A stretch of 64,000 nucleotides of DNA from an uncultured Actinomycetota bacterium. Its GTDB lineage: Bacteria; Actinomycetota; Actinomycetes; JAHEKZ01. Shown one piece after another: positions 1 through 9,797 of this stretch; position 1 is the stretch's first letter, and each line of letters starts with the position of its first letter. Where the stretch lies: NCBI GenBank assembly GCA_963829525.1, contig CAWHIJ010000003.1, forward strand, positions 1,888,001 through 1,952,000. The letters are read 5' to 3'. The notes under the pieces were generated by a model. It was not told where the DNA came from, ran no database searches, and worked only from the letters and a program-made list of their open reading frames with translations. The translations under genes were made by a program, and so were the position numbers.

Positions 1-156
1 TTAGGGGACTCCGTGCGGACAGTTAGTCGTGATCGTGCGCGCAGAGGGCCGATTTCGCGTGCCGAAACCCCCAATTTCGGGTGGAAACCGACATGGTGCG
101 AGCGCGAGCCTGCTCCGTCCGAGGACGCGCGGGCCCACAGCGCTCCCGGCAGTCTA
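1..156 (-). promoter_or_regulatory. Probable promoter (-10 TAGACT at 156-151) and 5' leader of a gene starting at the window edge, probably rpsA
   Basis: The minus strand reads TAGACT...GCGCTGTGGGCCCGCGCGTCCTCGGACGGAGCAGGCTCGCGC...GTCCGCACGGAGTCCCCTAA, ending in an SD-like GGAG just before the edge. polA-methyltransferase-rpsA is the usual actinobacterial order. The rpsA coding sequence itself lies outside the window. Confidence 0.5.
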
Positions 157-167
157 CGGTGGCCGCC

Positions 168-992
168 GTGACAGGGTCAATCGAGGGTGAGCCGCGCCGT
201 GTACCGGTCGACGACGCAACCAGCCGCACAGCGACCCGTGCCTGGTGGGACGCCGAGGCCGATACCTACCAGCACGAGCACGAAGGATTTCTGGGAGCAA
301 CCAGGTGGGTATGGGGGCCGGAGGGCTGGGACGAGGCCGATCTCGGCCTGATCTCGGCGCCACCGGGATCCAGAGTGCTCGAGCTGGGCTGTGGAGCCGC
401 GGCGGGCTCCAGGTGGCTCCGCTCCCAGGGGGTTCAGGCGGTGGGCATGGACCTCTCCCACCGGATGCTCCAGCACAGCCGCCGCCTCGACCAGCAGACC
501 CGGACGTCGGTGCCGGTCGTCGAGGCGAACGCGTCGGAGCTTCCCTTCGGTTCTGGAGTCTTCGACGTCGTCGCCACCGCGTACGGTGCGCTTCCCTTCC
601 TCGCGGACGCCGGGCATCCGTTGAGCGAGGTCAGTCGGGTTCTCGTTCCCGGTGGCCGGGCCGTGCTGGCGGTCACCCACCCCATCCGGTGGGCGTTTCC
701 CGACGACCCTGGCCCTGAGGGACTCACCGCCATCCGCTCCTACTTCGACAGGACGCCGTACTCCGAGATCGATGCCTCCGGTCGCGTCACCTACGTGGAG
801 CATCACCGGACGGTCGGCGACTGGGTCGACCTGGTGGTTGCAGCTGGCCTGCAGCTGGACCGTCTCGTCGAGCCACCCTGGAACCCCGCCAACGCCTCGG
901 TCTGGGGGGGTTGGAGCCCACTCCGCGGTGCGTTGTTGCCGGGAACCATGATCGTCGTCGCCCACAAGCCCGCCGATTCACGGGGGATGTGA
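168..992 (+). CDS. Class I SAM-dependent methyltransferase
   Basis: VLELGCGAAAG motif I, GMDLSHRML, LPFGSGVFD. Start uncertain (GTG 168 chosen; the ORF opens at 81). Confidence 0.85.
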   Translation: MTGSIEGEPRRVPVDDATSRTATRAWWDAEADTYQHEHEGFLGATRWVWGPEGWDEADLGLISAPPGSRVLELGCGAAAGSRWLRSQGVQAVGMDLSHRMLQHSRRLDQQTRTSVPVVEANASELPFGSGVFDVVATAYGALPFLADAGHPLSEVSRVLVPGGRAVLAVTHPIRWAFPDDPGPEGLTAIRSYFDRTPYSEIDASGRVTYVEHHRTVGDWVDLVVAAGLQLDRLVEPPWNPANASVWGGWSPLRGALLPGTMIVVAHKPADSRGM

Positions 993-1014
993 CGCCCACC
1001 CAGGCCCGCCGCGC

Positions 1015-3675
1015 CTAGTGCGCGGCGTCGTGCCAGGTACGGCCGAACCCGACTGAGATGTCGAGGGCGACCGAGAGCGAGTAGGCGCCGCGCATCTCCT
1101 GCTCGACCAATGCGGCGACGGCGTCTTCTTCGCCTGCAGCAATCTCCAAGACGAGTTCATCGTGAACCTGGAGCAGCAGCCGGGAACCGAAGTGACCGGC
1201 ACGCAGCCGTCTCGCAACAGCCAACATGGCCACCTTCACGATGTCGGCCGCTGACCCCTGGATCGGAGCGTTGAGCGCCATACGCTCGGCCATTTCACGA
1301 CGCTGCCGGTTGTCGCTTGTCAGGTCAGGCAGATAGCGGCGGCGGCCGAGCAACGTCTCGGTGTACCCGGTGCGTCGAGCATCGTCAACGACAGACGCCA
1401 GGTAGTCGCGGACGCCGCCGAACCTCTCGAAATAGTCCTCCATCAGCACTTTGGCCTCTTCCGGGCCCACTCCGAGCTGCTGGCTCAGCCCGTAGGCCGA
1501 CAGCCCGTACGCCAGCCCGTACGACATCGCCTTGATCCGACTTCGCATCTCGGGGGTCACAGCACCAGGCGCAACGTCGAAAACGCGGGAGGCCATCGTG
1601 GTGTGGAGGTCCTCGCCTGAGTTGAACGCCCCGATCAACCCGTCGTCCTCGGACAGGTGCGCCATGATCCGCATCTCGACTTGGCTGTAGTCGGCGGTCA
1701 TGAGGGTGGCGTAACCCTCCCCGACACAGAAGGTGGAGCGGATTCGGCGACCCTCCTCGGTGCGGACCGGAATGTTCTGCAGATTGGGATCGGTCGATGA
1801 GAGTCGCCCCGTTGCAGCAACTGTCTGCATGAACGTGGTGTGGATGCGGCCGTCGGCGGCCACAGCACGCTGAAGGCCCTCCACGGTTACGAGCAGCTTG
1901 GACACATCCCGGTGACGCAGCAGGTGGGCCAGGAAGGGGTGCTCGGTCTGGGCGAACAGAGTGGTCAGCGCCTCCGCGTCGGTGGTGTAGCCCGTCTTGG
2001 TGCGTTTCGTCTTGGGCATGCCGAGCTCGTCGAAGAGCACCACCTGCAGCTGCTTGGGAGACCCGAGGTTCACCTCGTGCCCGATCTCGGAGTACGCAGA
2101 CTCAGCGGCGCGTTTGACCTCTGCGGCAAACTCGGCCCTCAGCGCGTCCAGCGCACCGCCATCGACAGCGATCCCGCTGTGCTCCATATGAACAAGCAGC
2201 TCGGTCAGAGGAAGCTCGACATCCTGGAGCAGCGACGCAGCACCGATCTGCTCGACCTCTGGCTCAAGGACCGTGGCCAGGTCCAGTGCGGCACTTGCAC
2301 GGGTGCCTAATGTCTGGGCCCGACTGTCGTCGGCATCGGTGTCAAAGCTCAGCTGGCCGTCGTCGGAGGTCTCGGTGAGGTCCCGGTGCAGCCACCGGAC
2401 GGACAGGTCGGCAAGGTCGTAGCTGCGCTGATCAGGGCGGAGCAGGTAGGCCGCGACTGCGGTGTCGAAGGCGGGGGGGCCGATAGGCATACCGGAAGCC
2501 AGGAGCCCCAGCATGGGTCCGTTCGCGTCGTGAATGACCAGCTCTGCGCGGCGCAGCCAGGTCGCCAGGGTGTCTCTGCTCCCTTCGTCGAGCGAATCGA
2601 CGACGACCGCGCCGACTGCGCCGTCGCTCGATGCCAGTCCGAGGGACTCGACCGAACCGCTGCCAGATCCCCAGGAGCCCCGCACGGTGAGACCGACACG
2701 ACCGCCGCCGTGTGCTTTCAACCACTCACCCAGCTCCGCCGAACGCAGGGTCTGCACCTCGACCTCAGGTACGTCATCAAGCGGCTCACTGGTGTTCTGC
2801 AGTGTCTGAGCGAGTCGGTCCCGCAAGATTCGAAACTCCAACGCATCAAAGACCTGATGCACCAGTTCGCGGTCCCAGTCGACCCGCAAGAGATCGTCGG
2901 GACGGCGATCGAGAGGAACCTCCTTGACCAGCTCGGTCAGCTGCCGGTTCGTGATCACCTGGGCCAGGTTCGCCCGCAGCGAGTCACCAACCTTCCCCTT
3001 CACTTCATCGGCTCGAGCCACCAAGGCGTCGAACGAGCCATACTCCTTGATCCATTTGGTGGCTGTCTTCTCTCCTACTCCGGGAATTCCCGGCAGGTTG
3101 TCGCTGGGGTCGCCGCGCAGCGCGGCAAAGTCGGGATACTGCGAAGGGGTAAGACCGTACTTCTCCTCGACGGCGGCTGGGGTCATGCGAGCCAAGTCCG
3201 AGACGCCTTTGCGGGGGTATAGCACCGTCACAGCGTCAGAGACCAGCTGGAACGTGTCACGGTCACCGGTGATGACTGATACCTCGAATCCTTCGCCTGC
3301 CGCCTGGGTGCTCAGGGTGGCGATGACGTCGTCTGCCTCGTAGCCATCAACCTCAATCACGGGGATTTGGAGGGCGGTCAGGACCTCCTTGATCAGGCTG
3401 ACCTGGCCTTTGAACTCGTCGGGGGTCTTCGCCCGGTTTGCCTTGTACGCCGGGTAGCGCTCGCTCCTGAACGTCACCCGTGAGACGTCGAATGCGACGG
3501 CTATGTGTGTCGGATTCTCATCCCGAAGGGCGTTGATGAGCATGGAGGTGAACCCGTAGACCGCGTTGGTCGGTTGCCCGGTGGCGGTCGAGAAGTTCTC
3601 AACCGGAAGTGCATAGAAGGCGCGATAGGCCAGCGAATGGCCATCAAGTAGCAGAAGCGACCGTGCAGCGGGCAT
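1015..3675 (-). CDS. polA: DNA polymerase I
   Basis: LLLLDGHSLAYRAFYA 5'-3' exonuclease N-terminus, ADYSQVEMRIMAHLS (motif A), RSRIKAMSYGLAYG (motif B), LLQVHDEL (motif C). TACGAT lies 6 nt upstream of ATG 3675, suggesting a leaderless mRNA. Confidence 0.97.
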   Translation of the reverse strand: MPAARSLLLLDGHSLAYRAFYALPVENFSTATGQPTNAVYGFTSMLINALRDENPTHIAVAFDVSRVTFRSERYPAYKANRAKTPDEFKGQVSLIKEVLTALQIPVIEVDGYEADDVIATLSTQAAGEGFEVSVITGDRDTFQLVSDAVTVLYPRKGVSDLARMTPAAVEEKYGLTPSQYPDFAALRGDPSDNLPGIPGVGEKTATKWIKEYGSFDALVARADEVKGKVGDSLRANLAQVITNRQLTELVKEVPLDRRPDDLLRVDWDRELVHQVFDALEFRILRDRLAQTLQNTSEPLDDVPEVEVQTLRSAELGEWLKAHGGGRVGLTVRGSWGSGSGSVESLGLASSDGAVGAVVVDSLDEGSRDTLATWLRRAELVIHDANGPMLGLLASGMPIGPPAFDTAVAAYLLRPDQRSYDLADLSVRWLHRDLTETSDDGQLSFDTDADDSRAQTLGTRASAALDLATVLEPEVEQIGAASLLQDVELPLTELLVHMEHSGIAVDGGALDALRAEFAAEVKRAAESAYSEIGHEVNLGSPKQLQVVLFDELGMPKTKRTKTGYTTDAEALTTLFAQTEHPFLAHLLRHRDVSKLLVTVEGLQRAVAADGRIHTTFMQTVAATGRLSSTDPNLQNIPVRTEEGRRIRSTFCVGEGYATLMTADYSQVEMRIMAHLSEDDGLIGAFNSGEDLHTTMASRVFDVAPGAVTPEMRSRIKAMSYGLAYGLSAYGLSQQLGVGPEEAKVLMEDYFERFGGVRDYLASVVDDARRTGYTETLLGRRRYLPDLTSDNRQRREMAERMALNAPIQGSAADIVKVAMLAVARRLRAGHFGSRLLLQVHDELVLEIAAGEEDAVAALVEQEMRGAYSLSVALDISVGFGRTWHDAAH

Positions 3676-3697
3676 GGCCTGATCGTAGGGTGACGCC

Positions 3698-4081
3698 GTG
3701 ACAGCGGACCTGCCCCCAGTGCCCATTCACGAGCGCCTGGGCATCTCTGTGGTGAGCGCCACTGCAAAAGAGGTGATCGGAACGCTGCCGGTCGCCGGCA
3801 ACGAGCAGCCCTTCGGCTCGCTGCACGGCGGCGCGTCGGTGGTTCTCGCAGAGAGCTTGGCGTCCATCGGATCGGCACTCCACGCCGGTCCAGGGCACAG
3901 CGTCGTCGGCATCGAGGTCAATGCGACGCACCACCGCGCAGCACGGTCGGGTGAGGTAACCGGGCGGGCTCTTCCGCTCCACCTGGGTCGCCGGATCGCT
4001 ACGTGGCAGGTGGAGATACGCGACGAAGAGGAGAAGCTGACCTGCACGGCACGAGTGACCTGCCTGCTCACGCCCCCGTAG
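3698..4081 (+). CDS. PaaI-family hotdog-fold thioesterase
   Basis: QPFGSLHGGASVVLAE and VGIEVNATHHR motifs; divergent from polA as in other actinobacteria. Confidence 0.9.
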   Translation: MTADLPPVPIHERLGISVVSATAKEVIGTLPVAGNEQPFGSLHGGASVVLAESLASIGSALHAGPGHSVVGIEVNATHHRAARSGEVTGRALPLHLGRRIATWQVEIRDEEEKLTCTARVTCLLTPP

Positions 4082-4093
4082 CGGTCCTCCAGT

Positions 4094-4633
4094 TCAAGAA
4101 CGCCTCAGCCGGCGACGTCGCTCCGCGCGGCCGAGCTCGCCGGCCAACCGCTTCTGCAGGGCAGAGGTGGCGATCGCCCGTCGCATGACCAGCGGGCTGA
4201 AGCCGAGCCTTGCGAAGAACCTGTTGCTCTCGCGCGCTCCTGGGAAGACTCCGACGGTCACATAATCCGCGCCAACGTCCGATGCGAACTCCGTGGCCGC
4301 CGAGACGATGGCACGTCCGACTCCACGGCGTCGCCGGTCGTCCCGAACGTGCATGAAGGAAATCTGCACCGACTCGACATCGCTGATCGGCGTAACGGGC
4401 AACCGGCTCAGCACCGCGAGCCCTACGACCACCTCGTCGATCTCGGCAACGATGACCCGGTGCGCCGGATCAGTCCGAAGCGACTCCAACCGGTCACGAA
4501 TCGCCACGGCCGACGCTGGAGGGCCGAACGGGCCGACCCGCCCGCCTTGGCCACGCAGCTCGTCCCAAAGCTCGACGATCGCCAACACGTCGTCTTCGGT
4601 CGCTTCGCGGGTGCGAACGGTCACTGCGGACAT
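4094..4633 (-). CDS. GNAT-family N-acetyltransferase
   Basis: HVRDDRRRRGVGRAIV acetyl-CoA motif A and NRFFARLGF. Confidence 0.8.
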   Translation of the reverse strand: MSAVTVRTREATEDDVLAIVELWDELRGQGGRVGPFGPPASAVAIRDRLESLRTDPAHRVIVAEIDEVVVGLAVLSRLPVTPISDVESVQISFMHVRDDRRRRGVGRAIVSAATEFASDVGADYVTVGVFPGARESNRFFARLGFSPLVMRRAIATSALQKRLAGELGRAERRRRLRRS

Positions 4634-4790
4634 GACGGCTTCAGGGCTCCTCGGATCGGTTCGCTGCTGATCGACGTCCCGGACGCCTCTGGCGGCTACG
4701 CTCCCCCGTGGCCTCCTTCAGCGTAGCCGCTCGAGCCGGAGCGCTGATCTATCTCACCGCTGTTGTCAGGTAACGCGTGAAGGAGGCGCC

Positions 4791-5543
4791 GTGCTGGGCC
4801 TGGGTACGCTTCTCAACGTCGTGGCCGTCGTTCTCGGTGGGACCGTCGGCACATTGTTGGGCGACCGGCTTCCCGCACGCGTGCGCGACGTGGTCACTGA
4901 CGGCCTCGGCCTGGTCACCCTGATGGTGGGTGGCCTGAATGCAGCTGCGGTTCTCGATCCGACCCTCGAGGACGAAGTCAGCCGCGGCGTGCCGATTCTC
5001 ATTGTGCTCGCCTCGGTCGTGATCGGCGGTGTGATCGGCGCCTCCCTCCGACTCGAGGCCCGGCTGGAGGGGCTCGGCGCCATCCTGCAACGTCGACTCG
5101 CAGGCGGGCAGGGCTCACCGGAGAGACGCCGTCGCTTCATCGAGGGCTACGTCACAGCATCGTTGGTGTTCTGCGTAGGCCCGCTGACAATTCTAGGTTC
5201 CCTGCAGGACGGGATCGGAGACGGAATCGAGCTGTTGGCCCTGAAGTCGGTGCTCGACGGCTTCGCCGCCCTCGCCTTCGCGGCTTCGCTCGGGTGGGGT
5301 GTCGTCGCGTCCGCTCTCACTGTTCTGGTGTTTCAGGGCGCGCTCACTCTGCTCGGGGCCGTGGTGGGTGAGGTGATGACCGATGGCCAGGTCGCGGCCC
5401 TGACGGCAACCGGCGGAGTGCTGCTCCTCGGTGTGGGGCTGCGTCTGCTCAGGATCAAGCAGTTGCCGGTTGGAGACCTGCTTCCAGCACTGCTCGTCGC
5501 CCCCTTGCTCACGGCCCTGCTCGGAACATTTCTCGATTCGTGA
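4791..5543 (+). CDS. DUF554-family membrane protein
   Basis: GTLLNVVAVVLGG, GYVTASLVFCVGPLTILGSLQDG and KSVLDGFAA; AAGGAGG SD. Confidence 0.85.
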   Translation: MLGLGTLLNVVAVVLGGTVGTLLGDRLPARVRDVVTDGLGLVTLMVGGLNAAAVLDPTLEDEVSRGVPILIVLASVVIGGVIGASLRLEARLEGLGAILQRRLAGGQGSPERRRRFIEGYVTASLVFCVGPLTILGSLQDGIGDGIELLALKSVLDGFAALAFAASLGWGVVASALTVLVFQGALTLLGAVVGEVMTDGQVAALTATGGVLLLGVGLRLLRIKQLPVGDLLPALLVAPLLTALLGTFLDS

Positions 5544-5652
5544 CCCCGAACAGGTGCCACTTCGGTCGTCCCGTGACTATGCTCCGCAGCGACCGATAGG
5601 CGCAGAGTGTCGTTCCTAACGGTCAGCCACACCACGCGAGGGAGTCCTGAGA

Positions 5653-6942
5653 GTGGTCCACTGGTCGGTCACGCGCATCATCGCCCTCGTTGTCGCCTGC
5701 GTCGGAATTCTCGGTGGAGCCGTAGCCGTCGCGAGTGCGGCGCAGGCCGCCGAGGATCAGCCGACCGGAACTATTCAAGGGTTTCTACGCGACCTCGCCG
5801 GAAACCCAGTAGCAGGCGTCGACGTAACCGCAACGGACGCTGAAGGCTTCTCCGGAGTCGGCACCAGCGACGAGGCAGGGCGATGGGAGATCGAGGTTCC
5901 TGGACCGGGCACCTACACCGTAGAACTTGATGAGGGGACCCTTCCCGACGGTGCGGCGCCGCCGACCATCAACCCCATCGAGGGCGTGGAGGTGACGGGG
6001 TCAACACGTACGGTGCTCTTCACCCTTGGCGCACGCGATCGCAACCTCACCAGCAAGTGGGACCAAGCGGCGCAGTTGAGTTTCGAAGGTTTGCGTTTCG
6101 GCCTCATCATCGCGCTTGCTGCCGTTGGGCTTTCACTCATCTACGGGACAACGGGGCTGACGAACTTCGCGCACGGCGAGATCATCACATTCGGCGCCAT
6201 CATCACGTGGTGGATGAATGTCACCCTGGGAATTCCCTTCGTCATCGCGGCGATCTTGGGCATCGTGTTGTCAGGGGCGTTCGGCTTCGTCAACGACCAG
6301 GCCTTGTGGAAACCTCTGCGTAAACGGCAGACCGGCCTGATCGCGATGATGATCGTCTCGATTGGTTTGGCCCTCGCCCTGCAGAACATCTTCTTGATCT
6401 TCTTCGGAGGCGCAAGTAGACCCTTCGGGGCTTTTGAGACCCAGGCTGGCATCGAGATGGGGCCGGTCAGCCTGACCCCCAAGGACATGGCGGCGATGAT
6501 CATCGCCGCCATCGTCCTCACCCTTGCTGGACTTGCCTTGCTCAAGACCCGGCTGGGCAAGGCAACAAGGGCGGTCTCCGACAATCCCGCGTTGGCGGCG
6601 TCGAGCGGCATCGATGTCGAGCGGGTGATCCTCGTCGTCTGGGTCGTCGGTGCAGCCCTGGCCGGACTCGGAGGCATCCTGCAAGGGCTCACCCAGCAAG
6701 TCTTCCCCCTGCTCGGAGCCCAGAGCCTGCTGCTCATCTTCGCGGCAGTCACGCTGGGCGGACTGGGGACGGCGTTCGGTGCTCTTGTCGGCAGCATCTT
6801 GGTCGGGCTCTTCATCAACCTCTCCACCTTGATCCCAGGAATGACCCCAGAACTGAAGAACGTCGGTGCCCTGCTACTGCTCATCGTTGTGCTCATGGTT
6901 CGGCCACAGGGAATCCTGGGTCGACGGAGCAGGGTCGGCTGA
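5653..6942 (+). CDS. livH: Branched-chain amino acid ABC permease (LivH-like) with an N-terminal extracytoplasmic beta domain
   Basis: ALAAVGLSLIYGTTGLTNFAHGE and TRLGKATRAVSDNPALA, preceded by a signal peptide and a ~100 aa carboxypeptidase-regulatory-like domain. Confidence 0.85.
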   Translation: MVHWSVTRIIALVVACVGILGGAVAVASAAQAAEDQPTGTIQGFLRDLAGNPVAGVDVTATDAEGFSGVGTSDEAGRWEIEVPGPGTYTVELDEGTLPDGAAPPTINPIEGVEVTGSTRTVLFTLGARDRNLTSKWDQAAQLSFEGLRFGLIIALAAVGLSLIYGTTGLTNFAHGEIITFGAIITWWMNVTLGIPFVIAAILGIVLSGAFGFVNDQALWKPLRKRQTGLIAMMIVSIGLALALQNIFLIFFGGASRPFGAFETQAGIEMGPVSLTPKDMAAMIIAAIVLTLAGLALLKTRLGKATRAVSDNPALAASSGIDVERVILVVWVVGAALAGLGGILQGLTQQVFPLLGAQSLLLIFAAVTLGGLGTAFGALVGSILVGLFINLSTLIPGMTPELKNVGALLLLIVVLMVRPQGILGRRSRVG

Positions 6943-6952
6943 GGAGGCCACT

Positions 6953-7942
6953 ATGGACTGGCAATTCATCTTCACAGCGTCGGTCTCCTACGCACTCGGC
7001 GCCCTGACGGTGGCCTACTGCTTGGCCGCCATCGGGCTCAACCTGCAGTTCGGCTACACAGGTCTGCTCAACTTCGGCCAGGCGGCCTTTCTCGCTGCAG
7101 CTGGGTACGGCATGGCCGTCATGGTCACAACATTCGAGCTCTCCTTCTGGGTCGGCATCACTGTTGGCCTGATCGCGACGATCGTGCTGGCCCTCCTCCT
7201 CGGGCTTCCCACTCTGCGACTCCGCGCCGACTACCTTGCGATCGTGACGATTGCCGCTGCCGAGGTCGTCCGACTGATTGTGCGATCAGTGAAGTTCAAG
7301 GAGACTCTGGGCGGCTCCGACGGCTTGCAGCAGTTCGCCAACCGATTCTACGAGTTGAGCCCGCTCTCGGACACCTTCCGTATCGACTTCGGTCCGTTCC
7401 TGTTCAGCAACCAAGAACTCTGGGTCATGATCGTGGGTTGGTCCCTCGTCGCGTTGTTCTCACTCGTCACTTTCTTGCTGGCGCGCAGCCCCTGGGGCCG
7501 CATTCTCAAGGGCATCCGCGAGGACGAGGACGCGGTGCGCAGCCTTGGGAAGAACGTCTACTGGTACAAGATGCAAGCGCTGATTCTCGGTGCGTTGATG
7601 GCAGGCTTCGGTGGCTTCATCATCGGGATATTCTTCAACGCTGTTTCGCCGGACATCTACGCAACCGCACTTACCTTCGCCATCTACACGATCCTGATTT
7701 TGGGCGGTGCGGCCCGCGTCGCCGGACCCATTCTGGGTGCCATCCTCTTCGGTTTCCTCTTTCAATTCGTCAACGTCACGCTCAGTGAGGCCGTCAATGC
7801 TGACGTCATCACCTTCCTGGACTCGAGCCAGACCGCTCAGGTTCGGCTGGTTCTCGTCGGCATTGGCCTGATGTTGTTGATGATCTACCGTCCACAAGGA
7901 ATTCTCGGAGACCGGAGGGAGATCGCACTTGATGCCCGCTGA
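6953..7942 (+). CDS. livM: Branched-chain amino acid ABC permease (LivM-like)
   Basis: IGLNLQFGYTGLLNFGQ, LRLRADYLAIVTI, SPWGRILKGIREDEDA; GAGGAGG SD before ATG 6953. Confidence 0.9.
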   Translation: MDWQFIFTASVSYALGALTVAYCLAAIGLNLQFGYTGLLNFGQAAFLAAAGYGMAVMVTTFELSFWVGITVGLIATIVLALLLGLPTLRLRADYLAIVTIAAAEVVRLIVRSVKFKETLGGSDGLQQFANRFYELSPLSDTFRIDFGPFLFSNQELWVMIVGWSLVALFSLVTFLLARSPWGRILKGIREDEDAVRSLGKNVYWYKMQALILGALMAGFGGFIIGIFFNAVSPDIYATALTFAIYTILILGGAARVAGPILGAILFGFLFQFVNVTLSEAVNADVITFLDSSQTAQVRLVLVGIGLMLLMIYRPQGILGDRREIALDAR

Positions 7943-8897
7943 CACCGAGGGCGCTGCCGCCCTTGCCGCCGAGACGACTTCGCGTAAGGAGGCGGCCACG
8001 GCTGCGCTTGCCGACGTCGCGAGAGAACCTGGGGCCGCAAAGCCGGACCCTGTCTTGATAGCCGACGGCATTGTGCGCCGGTTCGGCGGCCTGACTGCTG
8101 TCAACGTCGACCACGTCGAGGTTCAGCGTGGAGCAATCACCGCGCTGATCGGACCGAACGGCGCCGGCAAGACGACCTTCTTCAACCTGCTGACCGGGTT
8201 CGACAAGCCCGACGAAGGCACGTGGTCGTTCAACGAGAATTCATTGAACGGTGTAGCTCCTTACAAGGTCGCTCGGATGGGAATGGTTCGTACCTTCCAG
8301 CTCACCAAGGTGCTCTCCAAGCTCACCGTCATCGAGAACATGCGTCTGGGCGCCACGGGACAACGAGGCGAAAGACTCTTCTTCGGGCTCATCCCGCCGC
8401 TTTGGCGCAGCCAGGAACGCTCTATTACCGAACGCGCCGACGACCTCCTCGCTCGCTTCAAGCTTGATGCGAAGCGACAGGACTTTGCCGGCTCGCTCTC
8501 AGGTGGTCAGCGCAAACTACTGGAGATGGCGCGGGCTCTCATGGTCGAGCCTGAGCTCGTCATGCTCGACGAGCCGATGGCTGGCGTGAACCCGGCCCTG
8601 ACCCAGTCACTGCTGGGGCACGTCAAAGACCTTCGCGAGCAGGGCATGACGGTGCTCTTCGTCGAGCACGACATGGACATGGTTCGCGATATCTCCGACT
8701 GGGTCATTGTCATGGCCCAAGGCGCCATCATCGCCGAGGGCCCGCCACTTGAAGTGATGTCCGATCAGCGCGTCATCGATGCCTACCTCGGAGCCCACCA
8801 CGACCTGTCTCTGGCCGAGGTCGCGGAGGAAGTCGGCATCGACGCCCCGGAACTCTTGGACACCGACGGACCCTCCAGCCCTAAGGACGCGTCGTGA
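7932..8897 (+). CDS. livG: Branched-chain amino acid ABC ATPase (LivG-like)
   Basis: GPNGAGKTT, LSGGQRK, LDEPMAG, VEHDM. Confidence 0.9.
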   Translation: MPADTEGAAALAAETTSRKEAATAALADVAREPGAAKPDPVLIADGIVRRFGGLTAVNVDHVEVQRGAITALIGPNGAGKTTFFNLLTGFDKPDEGTWSFNENSLNGVAPYKVARMGMVRTFQLTKVLSKLTVIENMRLGATGQRGERLFFGLIPPLWRSQERSITERADDLLARFKLDAKRQDFAGSLSGGQRKLLEMARALMVEPELVMLDEPMAGVNPALTQSLLGHVKDLREQGMTVLFVEHDMDMVRDISDWVIVMAQGAIIAEGPPLEVMSDQRVIDAYLGAHHDLSLAEVAEEVGIDAPELLDTDGPSSPKDAS

Positions 8898-9730
8898 GCG
8901 ACCAGATCCCGTCTCCCGGCGAAAAGAACCGCGAAGAGGCGCAACTGCTCTCAGACCGAGACAGCAGCTCCGCCCCAATCGACCGGTCAGCCCACCTCGA
9001 GGGTGCCTCCGACTCACTGGTCGTCGCCGACGACCTCATCGCCGGTTACATACCTGGGGTGAACATCCTCAACGGGTGTGACCTGTATGCCAAGCGGGGC
9101 GAGCTCGTGGGCATCATCGGCCCGAACGGTGCGGGAAAGTCAACACTACTCAAGGCGCTCTTTGGCCTGGTGAACGTTCGCTCGGGAAGCGTGACCCTCG
9201 ACGGGCAGGACATCACCAACGTCAAGCCGAACAAGCTGGTCAGCCAGGGGATCGGCTTCGTCCCCCAGAACAACAACGTGTTTCCCAGCTTGACCATCGA
9301 GGAGAACCTACAGATGGGCGCCTTTCAGGCGCCCGGCAAGTTCAAAGAGCGCTTCGAGTTCGTCGCTTCACTCTTCCCTGCCCTGGCTGACCGTCGAAAG
9401 CAGCCAGCTGGCTCACTCTCGGGCGGCGAACGCCAGATGGTCGCCATGAGCCGAGCGCTCATGATGGACCCTTCAGTGATCTTGCTGGACGAGCCGTCGG
9501 CTGGCCTGTCCCCCGTGCTTCAAGACGACGTTTTCATCCGCACCAAGCAGATCAATGCGGCTGGAGTCACGGTCATCATGGTCGAGCAGAACGCCAGCCG
9601 ATGCTTGCAGATCTGTGACCGCGGCTACGTGCTTGACCAAGGTCGCAACGCCTACACGGGCAGCGGCACCTCGTTGCTCAAGGACCCGAAGGTGATTGAG
9701 CTCTACCTCGGTACCCTTGCCAAGACCTGA
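8894..9730 (+). CDS. livF: Branched-chain amino acid ABC ATPase (LivF-like)
   Basis: GPNGAGKST, LSGGERQM, LDEPSAGL, VEQNA. Confidence 0.9.
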   Translation: MSDQIPSPGEKNREEAQLLSDRDSSSAPIDRSAHLEGASDSLVVADDLIAGYIPGVNILNGCDLYAKRGELVGIIGPNGAGKSTLLKALFGLVNVRSGSVTLDGQDITNVKPNKLVSQGIGFVPQNNNVFPSLTIEENLQMGAFQAPGKFKERFEFVASLFPALADRRKQPAGSLSGGERQMVAMSRALMMDPSVILLDEPSAGLSPVLQDDVFIRTKQINAAGVTVIMVEQNASRCLQICDRGYVLDQGRNAYTGSGTSLLKDPKVIELYLGTLAKT

Positions 9731-9746
9731 CCGAGCCGAGACATGA

Positions 9747-9778
9747 AGAAGGGGCCCGGCGTCAGCCGGGCCCCTTCT
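9747..9778. terminator. Bidirectional terminator hairpin between the convergent livF and SBP genes
   Basis: AGAAGGGGCCCGGC-GTCA-GCCGGGCCCCTTCT, a perfect 14-bp stem. Confidence 0.8.
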
Positions 9779-9797
9779 GTCGTTCGCTACTCGGTCA

